Positions 10,521-28,214 of a stretch of 45,380 nt of DNA are shown piece by piece. A program made the translations under genes and the position numbers. The first letter of the stretch is position 1; the number at the start of each line of letters is the position of its first letter. Below the pieces are notes generated by a model, which was given only the letters and a program-made list of their open reading frames with translations, was not told where the DNA came from and made no database searches. Source of the stretch: Guillardia theta CCMP2712 (lineage: Eukaryota; Protista; Cryptophyta); the NCBI RefSeq assembly GCF_000315625.1, contig NW_005434662.1:1041462-1086841 (forward strand), in the 5' to 3' direction.

Positions 10521-13500
10521 TCAGCACCATCCCCACCACCTTCTCCACCACCCGCAACCTTGTCCGCCCTGCGCCTGAGTCGTTGCAAGCCCTGCGAGCT
10601 CACACGCTCCTCCTGCCTGCCTCTCCCATAAACTGGTGTCGGACCACAGCACGTCACCTCCCTTGGCCGAGACCGTTGAGTCCGTCCCAGCTGCAAGGAA
10701 GCAGCTGCTGCATCCTCCGTACCGCACACTCCCACAGCGCCGCGCCTCCTGCGCTCCGGCACGCAGCATGGCCGCCTTGTCCGCAAGGAACGAGCTCCTC
10801 GAGACGAGCGATGCGTTGCGACAGGAGGAGGCTGAGGCTGCCGAGGCGTCGGCGTGTACGAGGAAGAGGTTGGACCCCGGGACCACAGCGAGGACGAACT
10901 TGACCTGAGACAGGCAGGTCGCGCCATCCACTCCCTCAGCCTCCACCTCAACCCAGCTGCTCTTTAGCACCAGCACCACCGCGCGGGAGACTACAGGAGA
11001 CCCACCTTGCTGGAGGACAGCTGGGGTCTGCAGGAGGCCGAGGGAGTCGAGGGCCCTGAGGAGAGCGGGCTCGACTTCCCCAAGGAAGAGGCCGGAGGAG
11101 AAGGCGGCGATGCTCGGCTTGCCCGGGCTGGCAGCCACCACAGACAGCTGAGAGTCGAGGAGGAGGCACCAGGAGGCCCCCTGCTTGTATGCGCACTCGC
11201 TCCAGCTCCCCAGCGTTGCCTGAGTGAAGGAGACGAAGAGGAGCTGTGCCCCCGCCACCCCGGCGATCTGCCTGCTCCTGCACACCCCCGACGCAGCCTC
11301 GCCCGGCCTGACCTCCAGCAGGGCTGTTGAGATGCTGACGATGGTGGAGCCGTCCACTGTGTCTGTTTGCGGGCCCGAGACGATCACAGTAGAGTCACAA
11401 GCCCCTTCCACCCCCCGCACGTACCAGACCTCCTGGGTGACAGCTGGGGGTGCCGGAAAGAACCTCCCGGGGTACGTCCGAACCACTCCGCTGGCCATGC
11501 CGACCTGGAGGAAGCGCCAAGTGCCCAGCAGCGTCCCAGCAAGGGCAGCGCGTCGGCCCCACGACTCCTTCCATGCCTCGTTGAGCAGCGACGTCGCCAG
11601 GACGTCCCGCACCGCTCGCTTCTCGAAGCCTCCAGCTGGAAGGCCAGCAGGAGGGGTGGGGGTCACCTGGCCGCTGGCCGTGAGTGTGACGGAGAGCAGC
11701 CAGTTCTGCAGGCTGAGGACGGAGGAAGAAGTGAAGGTGAAGGACCCGAGTTGGGCCCCATCCACTAGGCTGATGCTGGAGAAGGCGAACACACTCGTCT
11801 GTAAGGTCAGCTGCTTCCCTGCTGGGAAGATGTTTTCAACGGTCGAGCCGTCCACCGCATTCAAGGAGGAAGGGTCTGTCTGGAGCTGATAGTAGAAGGT
11901 GACAAGTTCCTTTGATCCCAGCTGCTGCAGGTTTGTAACTGGGAAGCCCGAGGTGTACCGACTGACCACGAGCCCAGCAGGCGTCTCCTCGACGGACCAG
12001 CCGAAGCTGCCGACGGCGAGCACGAAGGAGAGGTTGAGATGGGCAACGATCGAGTCCCCTTGAGCGAAGAGAAAGGCACGAGCGACCGATGGTCCAAGTT
12101 GCCATGAGCTGGAGGTCTGCTGAGAGGTGTTCAGCAGCCTCTGCTGGAGAAGTACTGGACCGTAAGTTTCAGCAGCCGCAGCAGCCGCAAGGAGCTGAGT
12201 GAACTGCTCGCCCTCCACATCAACCGCAAACTTGAAGCCTGTGGAGGAAGGTGACAGGCTCGGAGAGAACAACAACCTCCCTCCTGCATCCACCACCAAC
12301 AGCTGGACGACCTGGAAACACTCTCAGCTCACCTTCAACTGGACCTTACCCCTCCGGTTGCTCTTTTCCTCACCTTATTCGTCTCAACCAGAGGCTTCAC
12401 ACTGGGATTGCTAGCGAGGCTTGTCTGCGCTCCCGTAAAGGCGAGCTGGGGGGAGACACTGACCGCGGCGACGGCGACAAGCTTCTGATCCTCCGGGGAC
12501 GAGCTACCGAAATTGAGGAGGGAGGAGAAGATGGGAGCGGAGAAGGTGAGTAGCGGCTGATTGTGCGGCCCCCCGAGTTGTACTTGACTCACAGCGACGG
12601 TGGAGTCTGAGCTCTGGAACTTCCTGCTGCTGACGGCGAACCGCTCCCCAGCCTGCTGCTGCCATGCGAACCTGTAGGGGATGCGAGTGAAGGAGCCCGC
12701 TGCTCCTGCCGTGCAGGCCATCCCGGTCATCCAGGTCTTCTCGTACATGGAGGAATCAGCGCCCAACGTGACCACGTGGAGGGAGACACCGAGCTGGAGC
12801 AGACGGTCAGAGACTGAGGCGGGAGGAGACGGGGAGTAGCCGTTGGTAACCAACACCACCTCCTTCCGCGCTTGCTTGCTCGAGGAAACAGCTGCTGCCT
12901 CGTTCTCAAAGACATCGAGAGCAGACGAAATCGCGTCCCCAAGGTTGACGAGTCCGTTGGGCAGCCACGACTTTGCTGCGAGCTGCATCCAACCAGCCGT
13001 CACGTTGTCGGCAGCGCACAGTCTGCTCTTGAGCCCCGTCGCGTTACTCAGCTGGCATCCTCCTTGCATCCCACACCCATAGACCCTAGCGACAGACTTT
13101 GTCGCTAGCACGAGAGCAACCGAGTCTGCGGGCCCCAGCGAGCCCAGCAAGGATAAAGTCACTTGCTTGCCGACGTACTGACGGTCAAACTCGTCCATGG
13201 AACCCCCAGTGTCGAGGACAAACACGACGCTGCGAGGAGCAGAGGCAGCAGCTAGGAACCAGCTCTGCATGCGGGGGTCGAAGCGTTCGTACCCCGGGAG
13301 GTTCTGCTCCATCCACACAGTGCCGGGATAGAACCGCTCGATGCCACTGTCGGCCATGGCGATTCGCTGCCAGACAACTCCGAGGGACGCCGCCTGGGCT
13401 GATCCAAGAGTCGCCTTCATCCATGGATCCAGGGAGTGGGTGGCATTGATGAGAAGGGCAGCAGCTGAGACCCTCTGGGCTGTCGAGCAGAGAAGAACTT

Positions 13501-14215
13501 TTGCCTTCACTCTCGTAAGGCAGTATAATGCGATGGCTGGATCGAGCGACGGCTGCTGGAGGTTCCCGTCGGTCCCAAGACACTCGTACTTGCCTCCTGT
13601 GAGAGGAGCAAGTCCTCCAAGAATGGCCTCCCGCAAGTCTCCTGCCCGATTGTTGGAGTACGTCGACCCGAACGCTGGGCTCCCGATGCGCATGCAGTAC
13701 TGCGGGATCTTGACGACGCTGCTGTCGAGGGTGACGGGGGCATGGAAGCGAGGGTCCTGGACGGTCTTCTTGGCGCTCACGTCCGAGGGCACGTCAGCTT
13801 CTGTGAGCGCACCTGACGCATGCAGAGCATCCGCATCTGCCCCAGCCGCTTGCAGCAACTGAGCGTCATCTTGGATGCTCGCGAGGTTGGGGGGGATGTT
13901 CCGCCTCAGGGCGTTCGAGGCCTCGTCCCGCAGCTTGATCGCCAAGGACGCTGTTGATGCGAGGAGCTGCGAGCTATCCCTCGCTATGCTCCTGACGAGA
14001 TCCTTGCTGACCGTCCCGTTCGTCTCCTCGGCCCCCGCTGTTGCGTTCTTGAGCGCTGCCTGCAAGAGAGGTGCGGCCGCTGCCTCATTCACTACCTGAA
14101 GCAGCTGAGACCCCAACCCGGCAGCGAGTCCTGCGATCGAATCCGCAGTGCTACACGATGAGCGCACGAGGAAGGTGAGGAGGAGAAGGCCGCGCAGTAG
14201 CTGACCTATCGCCAT
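10521..14215 (-). CDS. CACHD1 / calcium-channel alpha2delta-like protein (signal peptide, VWA_N/Cache, VWA, further Cache domains)
   Basis: Intron 12312-12373 joins the 626-aa and 592-aa ORFs in frame. ERFYPG...FDPRMQSWFLAAASAPRSVVFVLDTGGSM resembles alpha2delta YDVRRRPWY..AASPKDMLILVDVSGS; second Cache-type motif VGMASGVVRTYPG...WYVRG; N-terminal signal peptide. Confidence 0.85.
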
Positions 14216-15432
14216 CCTTGCAGTGGGGCGAAAAAGTTTCTTGAAAGCCGGAGGAATGTCGAGACTCTTGGACTTGCTCGATACTTCACATCACTGTCAA
14301 TCGATTGATATCCTTCAAGCACTGTCTACTTCGTTCGCATTCTCCTCAGATTGATCGCCGACATTAGCACGCCTCACTCCATCTCGTTGTCTAGATGTTC
14401 GTACTTGCTGCTTCTTGTGCCCTTTGATGAGCCATTCTTGGTTCTCTCCTCTCTCGACGCCTCTCCCTGGTATTCCTGCTGGTATTCTGCCTCCTGCCTC
14501 CGTCTCCAGCTCCTCGTCCAGCTCCTCCTCCTCTCTCCTCTCTCCTCCTCTCACCTCCTCTCTCCTCTCTCCTCCTCTCCTTCAGTTATTCCAACCTTGC
14601 GACCAGAGTCTGTCTGACCTACGAACACCACCGTGACAACCAACTAGCCGTCCTAGTGATGTTGAGTAATAAATCATTCTGGAAAAGCCTTCACCGGTAC
14701 TTTATTGGGGAATATGGACGGTGGGGGTGGAGTTCAGGGGTAGTCCAGGTCAGAGGGGGGGTGGGTGGGTATTTCAGTACCAGAGAAGTTTGCTTAACCT
14801 TGTTCAGATTAGTTTAGGGGGTAGGGGTACTTGAAAGGTATGTAAGATACCGGTTATAAGATCTCAAATTATCGAATAAAATACGGGTGGTATCAATAAT
14901 ATGAAGGGTGGGGGTAGGGAGGGGAGTCAATGCCGGGGGAGGGGAGGGCGGCGGCAGTGGAAGAGGAGCGGAATGCAGGAAGAGGCACGAGCAAGCTGGT
15001 GGGTAGCCCCCGCCCCATCCTCCTCCTCCTCCTCCTCCTCCTACCCTCTCCCTCCTCGTCACGTTCATGTTTCGATGTCAGGACTTCACGTCTTTCTCAA
15101 TGGTCTGTGGGCGTTACGGCACAGTGATGCTGTAGAGTGACAGTGTGTGTGGGTTTGGCCTGAGAATGTGTACGCGCTCGTGTTTGATTCGAAAACTTCA
15201 TGTCCATTCATTTTGAAATCCTGAAACATCAACTTTCTCCTGTTATCCATGTCTCTTTTGCAAGAGTGAGTTACAATGAATGCAGGCAACGTTAGGCTAT
15301 ATAAGGTTGTTTCATACCCGAGATATTATACATCCTTATCGTACAGGTGCTCGTACTGTGATGTATTTGAAGCATGTTGATCGTCTCTCTTCTTTATTCC
15401 CACCAGCAGCGCATTGTTTCTAGACCCGTAAG

Positions 15433-20258
<4,826 letters not shown>

Positions 20259-20403
20259 CCTCTCGCCAGCCCCTCCCTCACTCTCTTGTATGTAAATGAA
20301 AGCTCAAGATTTTGTTATACTCTGAAGTCATGGAGTTTTAACGAGGATTAGGCGGTGGCGGGAAGGAATAGCGAAGGAGCAGAGGTCGACAAGGAGGAGG
20401 AGG

Positions 20404-23400
20404 TTATAAACGGATGCCCTGTATCTCGAAGGCGAGGACAGCGCCGATAGCTGAAATGAGGAGACTGGAGATAGGTGTAAGCTTTTCTACTTCTCCTCCT
20501 CCTTCCCTCGCGCTCATGACGTACCTGACGACAGCTGGCTCTGCTCGTAAGAAGAGGACGCGCATAGGTTGAGCCTGGAGGCCAGACGTGAGGGGCGGGG
20601 GATCGGGGATGGGAAGGAGAGCGACAGTGAGGGGGTCGGACGTGAACGAAGAGGAGGCGGAAGAGAGAAGAGGAGTCGGAGAAGGATAATGAGGACGATA
20701 ATGAGGAGGATGAGGAAAAACAAAAAGGAGGAGGAAGAAGAGGAGTTGGAGGATGCGGAAGAAGAGATGAGGCGGAGAGGAGAAGTCACTGCATCTGCCG
20801 CTCCGATTTCAGATACGACAGCTCCCAGGATGTCAGCCGTCTGCGGGGCGGGTAAGAAGAGAAGGAGAGCAGCAGGGGAGGAGGGAGCAGAGGGAGGAGG
20901 CTGACGAAGATGCGAGGGAGCATGAGAAATAAGGGTGGAGGAAGTGCCTCAATCAAGGTCTCGTAGGTCTCCTCAGGCTCTTTCACTCGCTTCTTTGACC
21001 CCGCGAGGATGAGACAAGCTGACTGAGCTCGCGTGAGCACCTACTCAAACGTCAGCTCCCCCCTCTTCAGGTCTCTAACTCTTCCCCCATCCCCTCCACA
21101 CCCCTCCGCATTTCCTCCTTCTCCGGCTCTTGGTTGCTAGAATCATCGAGTACACTCAAGTAACCTGCATGTAGGCGGAGGAGAAGCTGTTGGTTATGTA
21201 GGCCGTCATTGTCTGCAAGGGTAGTCACACCACACGAGCCAGAGGGGTCCAGGAGGAGAGCGAGCTGGAGGAGAGGCGGACGAGAGCTGAAGTAGCGGAA
21301 GGACAAGGAGGAAACGAGACGAGGAGTAGGGAAACTTCACCTGAATCATCAGAGGAGTCGCCAGCACAACAAGGCGGACAACAGCTGGGATCTTGATGTC
21401 CAGACCAAACTGGGAGGAACTCATCCCGTCTGCTCGCACGTCTGATCAGAGAGATGAAGGAGGGAGAAGGATGGGGAGAACAGAGGAGAGCGAGGCAAGG
21501 GTCGAGGGAGAGAAGAGAGCGGGGGAGAGGATGGTAGAGAAAGGATGGTTCTCACACTCCAATTGATACACGTATGACCCAATAGCCTCCACAGCAGCTG
21601 AACAGAAGTAGACCCCAAGGCATGCGCAACCTTCATGCCCAGTCAGCGCAATTCCCTCCCTTTCCCCCTCCTCTCTCTCTCTCTTCTTCCTCCCCCGCCA
21701 TTCTCACTGTATAGCTGAAACTTCAGCTCGATCGAAGGAGCAAACGCCCGACCATGCATGACGCGCCACAGCGCTGCCCAGCCTTCTACGTTGCCTGGCT
21801 TGCGAAGGTCAATCCGAGGCAGCGCAGAGCGTGAGCTAGCCACGGAGCCCTTGCGGATGTTCCACTCGAAGGTGATCCCAGAAGGAGGAGCGATCAAGTC
21901 CAGCAGCTTCTGAGCAAGACGCATCAGGCGCCAAAGCCAGAGGCAGGGGGCGTAGGCGAAGTAGGCCATGATGAAGAAGCCGTAGCTGGCGAGGGTGTGG
22001 AACAGGTAGAACATGTGCTGGGCCATGTTAGTGCCGAAAACAGGCTCGTTGAGACAGGCGCGGATGACCAGCGGCAGGCACGCGATGGTGAGGGAGAGCA
22101 GCATGATAGCAAAGAAGTATCTCTGACCCTGCTTCTGCGGAAGGTAGAAGCACTCCAGAAGGAGACTAAGTGCTATCACTGAAGCCGGAGCCTCCCCCTG
22201 CTGCACGCGAGCGCTGATGGCCTCGTTGGTCTCGCGGAACAAGCAAGCGAGCAAGCCGCTCTTGGCTCGGAGCAGGGGATGGCTGGAGGTCTGGCGAATG
22301 GCGTGGAGGACGAGAGCAGCTCCTGACTTCTTGAGGTCTGAGAATTTCACGTCAGGCCGGAGCCTCCGCACGAGGTCGTGAAACTCGTCAAAGGAGAGGC
22401 GGCCGTTGCCATCGACGTCAAACTCTTGCAGGATCATCCGAATTTCTTCCATGTTTGCCTTGATCCCCATGGCTGACAGCGCAACCTGAAGCTCGTCCAC
22501 GTCAATGTCGCCCGAGTCGTTCCCGTCGATGGTCTGGAAGAACTCGAAGGCCCCGTCGATCTGCGACAAGCTCTCCACAAGCGAGTTCCAGAGCTGGACA
22601 GTCAAGTTGGGCTTGCCGAAGAAGGAGACGCTCTTCCTGGTCGACTTGGTCCTTGTACGATATGACGTGGTGTCAACGTCTTCAGGGTCAACGACTGTGG
22701 TGGTGGCAGAAAGAACGTCGTCCATGGGAGAATCTTCGAACTTGAAGTTGAGGAAGGCGCAGGAGAGATCGACGTCATGGTAGAGGCAGGACTTGTACAG
22801 CAACTTCACCAGAACCTCTTTTTGGAAGTTGCCCACGTTCATGATGTACTCTGACATCTGCTGCTGCGACATTTGTGCTGTCTCCGAGTACGCTGAGGTG
22901 TGAATACTGCAATTCTCCGACTGCGAGAACAGCAGGTCCCCGTAGAAGGCGTACTTGAACGCGAGCGTGCTTGCTCGCCCACCGAGCACGAGGAACAAGG
23001 TGACGACTTCGTAGAGAGCAGAGACCTTGAGCGACGAGTGCCAGAGGATCACAATCGCTAAAGTAGTCCAGGTGGGCAGCATAGGTAGCGTGAGATCATT
23101 TGTGATCATTACCCTGAGCTGCCTCAGGTTTGCCGGCCAGAACTTTTTATTGACGGCAACCGTGTAACCCTCGAACAAGCGCACGAAGGGAGCAGTGACG
23201 AGGATGGGACTGATCTCGTAGACGAATGCTTTCAACGCAGGCACAAACTTGAACCGCATCTCGGAAACCACCTCTTTCCTGTGCTCCCTCCATAAGTTCC
23301 CCGCGTCCTCACCGAAACATTCCCGAGCATTTCTCTCAGCGTTGGCGCTGTCAAGAGCAAATGAGTAGACGGCTTGCTGTTTGACGCTCGTGGTCCTCTT

Positions 23401-23463
23401 CATCACCTCCTCTTCCACCTCTTCAACTCCTGCTTCCTCTGGCATGACCCACGATTCTTTCAT
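20404..23463 (-). CDS. Polytopic membrane protein, PHTF-like / 7TMIC (insect OR/GR superfamily)-like, with an EF-hand pair in the long loop
   Basis: EF-hands DGNDSGDIDVDEL and DVDGNGRLSFDEF. LPRIDLRKPGNVEGWAALWR resembles PHTF LPHFRLKKVQNIKMWLSLR. Downstream small exons splice to ...TADILGAVVSEIGAADAAQPMRVLFLRAEPAVVSLLISAIGAVLAFEIQGIRL* (TM7a/7b-like). 5' end uncertain. Confidence 0.7.
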
Positions 23464-26165
23464 TCACTTTCCTTCAACTCAGAGTTATTGTCCGCCATCA
23501 GGCGCAGAGAAGAATCTTTCAGTCAGTCTCTCTTGTGCCAGTCTCCTTCCTTGTTCAGACTAGACCAAACCAATGGAAAGCTCTGACGAAAACCTTTTTG
23601 AAAAGCAAATGAATTCCTGCAAGAGAGACTCAACCTGTGCTTCAACCATCAGGATTATCTCTGCATATGCTTGCTGCGATAAAACTAAAGAAACATCAAC
23701 GTCAATGGTCGTCATTTTCATCAAATGACAAGACTCCAGCAACAATTGTGGTACAAAACAAAACAAACTAGTCACCGGCTTCCACGATAGTTATCATTCA
23801 CCTCATTCTGCCTCTCTATCTTCCCTGCAAACTTTCTTCTACATCTTCTCTCCTCTCTCCTCCTCCTCCCTCGATCATCTTCGCTCCTTCGCCCTCCCTC
23901 TCTCCCGTTCCTCTTGCCGTTGCGCGCCTGCAATGCACCTAGCCATATTCCAATCCTTCTGTACTACCCCTCTAGTTTCCCTCAAATAGGGGGGTCATCA
24001 TGACGGGGTTTTTACTCCAGACAAAACAATGTATTTTATTAAAATGAACCTGAATCTGGTACCCTCATCCCCTCCCGGACCAACCTGACGGCCTTGCTGG
24101 CAGTTACACGGGCAGTTATTCCTAAAAAACCAGTCGAGGCCCAACAATGACTTTTAACACTAAATTATTTTAAAAGATCCCACCACCCCACCCACAATTC
24201 ATTGTCAGTGGCTACTGTAGTACCCACATAATACCTCTAGAAATGGGGGGTCACAGGCAGGCGGGTGGTACCATGTCGCCGGGACTCTGTAAACCACTTG
24301 TTGTGGGCATTGCGTGCAACCGCAATCCTGATCGGGCAAGTAAGTAAACTCGCTATGTTTTGTATCATATCCTTCCCAAAGATTATAATCTCCCAAGGGA
24401 GCATCTATAACTATTTTATTTAATGTACCGGTGAAATTCGAGAGAGAACCACCGGTACCAGGTACATTTTTTAGCTAATAGTTATATACTCTTGCCAGGA
24501 TCCCCATGAGGAAAGTTACATGTGCCATGACCGTCATGGTGTGGTTGAACCAGAGCCAGTTCTGTCATCGTCGCGTTGATCTGCTTCATCATCTCCATAT
24601 TAGTTTCTCTCTATCTCTGCCCCTTTGTGCCTGTGCCTGTGGGTGCGTTTTTGCTCGCGTGCAAGGTCTGCTAGCTTCACTCGCTCCTCCCTTCATCATT
24701 GTTGTCACTATCATTTCCATCATTTGTAACCCTTTTGATATATCTCTCCCTCTCCCCACCGCCCCCCCTTCCAATCATCCCTCGTTTTCATCGTTCTTAT
24801 TCATCTTCCAGCTGGTTGTAATATCTCTCAAAGACCTCATTTCACTCCTACCCACACTACAGATACAGTCATGCATATGGTCATCATCGTCATATCGAAT
24901 ATCGAAACCGTTGTATGTAATCATATTCGTCTCGCCACCACCATCACAACTATCTAACACTACTATAAATGACGCATAATGATGATCGCAATCATAGCCA
25001 TGGTCCACCTCCACTTCAATCGCCATCGGCACGCCAACCTCCCCTCCCAAACCGCTTCCCCCAACATCTCCTTCACCATCACCAGATCAACACTACGAAA
25101 ACCACCACATTCTGATCGTCCTCTCTCATCATTGTGAACACCATCGCTCTCATCACCACCACCACCTCCTCCTCCTCCACCACCGTCACTACCTGTATTA
25201 CGGTCAACGTTCTTGTCCTCGGTTTCATCTTCATCATCAAAATCTCCAAAATTGTCATAGTCATCATTTTCACCTATCCAATCGTTCACTTTCACCGCTC
25301 TCTCCCGGTTCCTCCTCCCTTTCTCCCCTGCTGATCCTCCTCCTCTTCTTCCCCTTCTTCCTCCTTCCGCCCCCCCTTCTCCCCCTTTCAAGGCTTCCGG
25401 CTCCTTGCCTCTGCTCCCCTTCTCGCATCACCCCTTCCCCTTCACTCTTCCCTCTCCCCCTCCATGCCAGAATCCCGGCTCCCTATCATGGTCTTGATTT
25501 TTATCATCATTGTCCTCGTCGTCATGATCCTCCTCCTCCTCTCATTGTCATTGTCATTGTCCTGACTAGTCCTCGTCATCATCATTCAAGCATCATCATG
25601 GTCACGGTCATGGTCATGATTGCCCTTTATCTCCTCCTTGGCCACCTCCTCCTCATCTCTCGATGCAACTCGTCTCACATGACAACCGAGATCAACGAGC
25701 TATCTAACAGCAGTGCATTGCTCTTTTTGATTTATTTTCATCCTCGTGAACCTCATTTTGTCAATTGACCTTTTGTCTCCTTCTCTGTACCCTATATATT
25801 TTTGTGTTTAAAATGTTTTAAGAGTCAAAAGGGGACCACGCCGTTGAACATGCTAGGAGGAGAAAGAAGAGCAGAACAAGAAGATTGAAGGGAGCTTGTG
25901 CAGTAACAGGAGTTGAGTGGAGGAAGTTGAGTAAGACGACAGAGCATTAGACCAGAGTATGAGACGTGGGTCAACACAAGGTTGATCATGGTTGAGCAAT
26001 CATTGATTGATTCAGATTAGAGACGAACCCAATAGAAGTTGCACCCTAGAAGGCTACCTGTGATCAATGTGATAGTATATGTGATGAAAGTGCTGTATTC
26101 CAATGTGAATTCATGTGCTATCATCTTGTGCTTGCTGACTTTTTGATTCTTTTAGTTAATGAACG

Positions 26166-27123
26166 ATGTCGTTCGCAGCCCTCGATATCGAACCAATCAC
26201 AGCCGATGACAAGATCCTGGAGATGCTCCGGTCATGTGGAGACAAGTTCTCAGATGAAGAGGATACCGAGACAGACGATTCTTCTGCCCCTCAGACTCCA
26301 ACCCACGCTCTTTCCTTCAGCACCCGCAAGGCCGATTCCACCACCGCACGTCTGAACCTTTCGCCGTCTAAAGGGCTTGATGTCGACCAGGAGGAAGCTT
26401 ATGAGGCGATCAACTCCGATGAAGTCGATCCTGCGCATGTCACGATTGCTGCGGATCTCAAGATCCCCGATATCGAGTGGAGAACGACACAATCTCCGGT
26501 CTTGACAAGAAAATCTCTTGACGACACCTTTAAGGAGTTTGTCCTTGCCAACACAGACGCCAAAGAAAGAGAAGAAGTCAACGATGATGATGAAACTCGC
26601 CAAGACGCTGATCACACTGGAGATGTCATGGTTCATGCGCTTCAACTCAAGAATGATGGTGATAAGAACGAGTCGCTACTTGAGACGTGTCGAACTGACT
26701 TGCAAGACCTGGATGAGGAAGTCTTGGAGGTAGAGAAAGCAGCGCTGATAAAGATGGAGAGCATACGAGAAGACGAAGACGAAGACGAAGACGAAGAGGA
26801 CGAGCAAGTTGGAGCTGATCTCCCGGTCGCTTCGGAGACGGTGCAGTCAGACTCGGATTCAGACGAGGTGGACAGCATGATCAAGACTCTTAAGATCAGG
26901 CTGGAAGAGTGGAATGAGCTGCCGCTCGCCCCTGCGCCGGCTCACAGCATGAACACACCGCAGGAACCCGCTACTGTTCTCTCTCTCTCCGACCTCCGAC
27001 CGAAGCCTCTGGCTAAAGTTCGCAATGACATTAGGATTGCCTATGAGCCCGTCAAGCAGCAGCACGTTGTCACCTCCGAGTTTCGCACAATGCTGGGCGG
27101 GCGCTTAGAGCATCCCCTGGTCG

Positions 27124-27191
<68 letters not shown>

Positions 27192-27990
27192 TCCTCCTCC
27201 TCCTCCTCCTCCTCCTCCTCCTCCTCCTCCTCCTCCTCCTCCTCCTCCTCCTCTTGTCTTGTACACGCTCTAATCCCACTCTTCGAATTAAGCTGGTGTC
27301 TGTCTTGATGCTGACGTAAGATCAGGTGCGATTGCATGGGCAGTGTACCAAGGTGCAGCAGCAGCAGAAGAGAAGAACGTTGGAGCGAATTTCCCACGAA
27401 ATGAGCGGCGAGGATGTTGAGGAAACGCATCTCGAGAATCTTTCCAAAGTTTTTCTGTCCCGAGGCAAATCGAACGAGTTCAAGAGGTCTGCGCTTGTTG
27501 AGACATGCGAGGGACGAGGAGAGACTTGCGGGAGGCGATGGAGGGGAGAGGAGAGGAGCGGAGGAACGAGGGATGAGGGGAGAGGATGATTTTGTGTCTT
27601 TTCTTATTTTATGGCCCCTCGTAACTTAATTGGCAGACCACTGTCAACTGAGCCTTTGAAAATTGAGTCCGACAAAGAAACCGCAAAGTTGATCCTCGTT
27701 CTTGTGCTCCTCGTTCTCGTCCTCGTCCTCGTCCTCCAACCTCTCTTCCTTGTTCTCTTTGTTCTCCTCTTCGTTCAGCTGTTTTCCGACTTCTCGTTCT
27801 CCTCCTTCTCCTTGCGTCCTCCTTCTCTGGCTCGTACTCTCTCGTGTCTTTTGTCCCCCCTCCCTCTAATGTGGTCGAGGCTTGTCTCTCATGCTTCTAT
27901 TTTCTTGGTCGCAGGTCGACTTTGCTATGGAAGCGACCTGATAACGAGGGACACTTTGCTGCGACAAACAAGCAGAGACGATCGGTGAGA

Positions 27991-28066
<76 letters not shown>

Positions 28067-28182
28067 TGGAGGAGGAGGAGGAGGAGGAGGAGGAGGAGGA
28101 GGAGGAGGAGGAGGAGGGGAGGAGGAGGAGGATCATAATGATCATTATTACGACTATGATGACAATCTTGGTGGTGATGCCG

Positions 28183-28214
<32 letters not shown>

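Noticed and set aside
21643-23463. Two-pore channel (TPC1) or RBOH call for the TM + EF-hand protein
   Set aside because: No S4 arginine ladder, pore loop, or heme/FAD motifs; PHTF-like motifs fit better.
24500-25700. Several short ORFs on both strands
   Set aside because: Low-complexity (CAT/CCT)-rich intergenic sequence with no recognisable domain.
27125-27308. Poly-Cys/poly-Ser tail of the 380-aa ORF
   Set aside because: Intronic microsatellite after a likely donor at about 27120.
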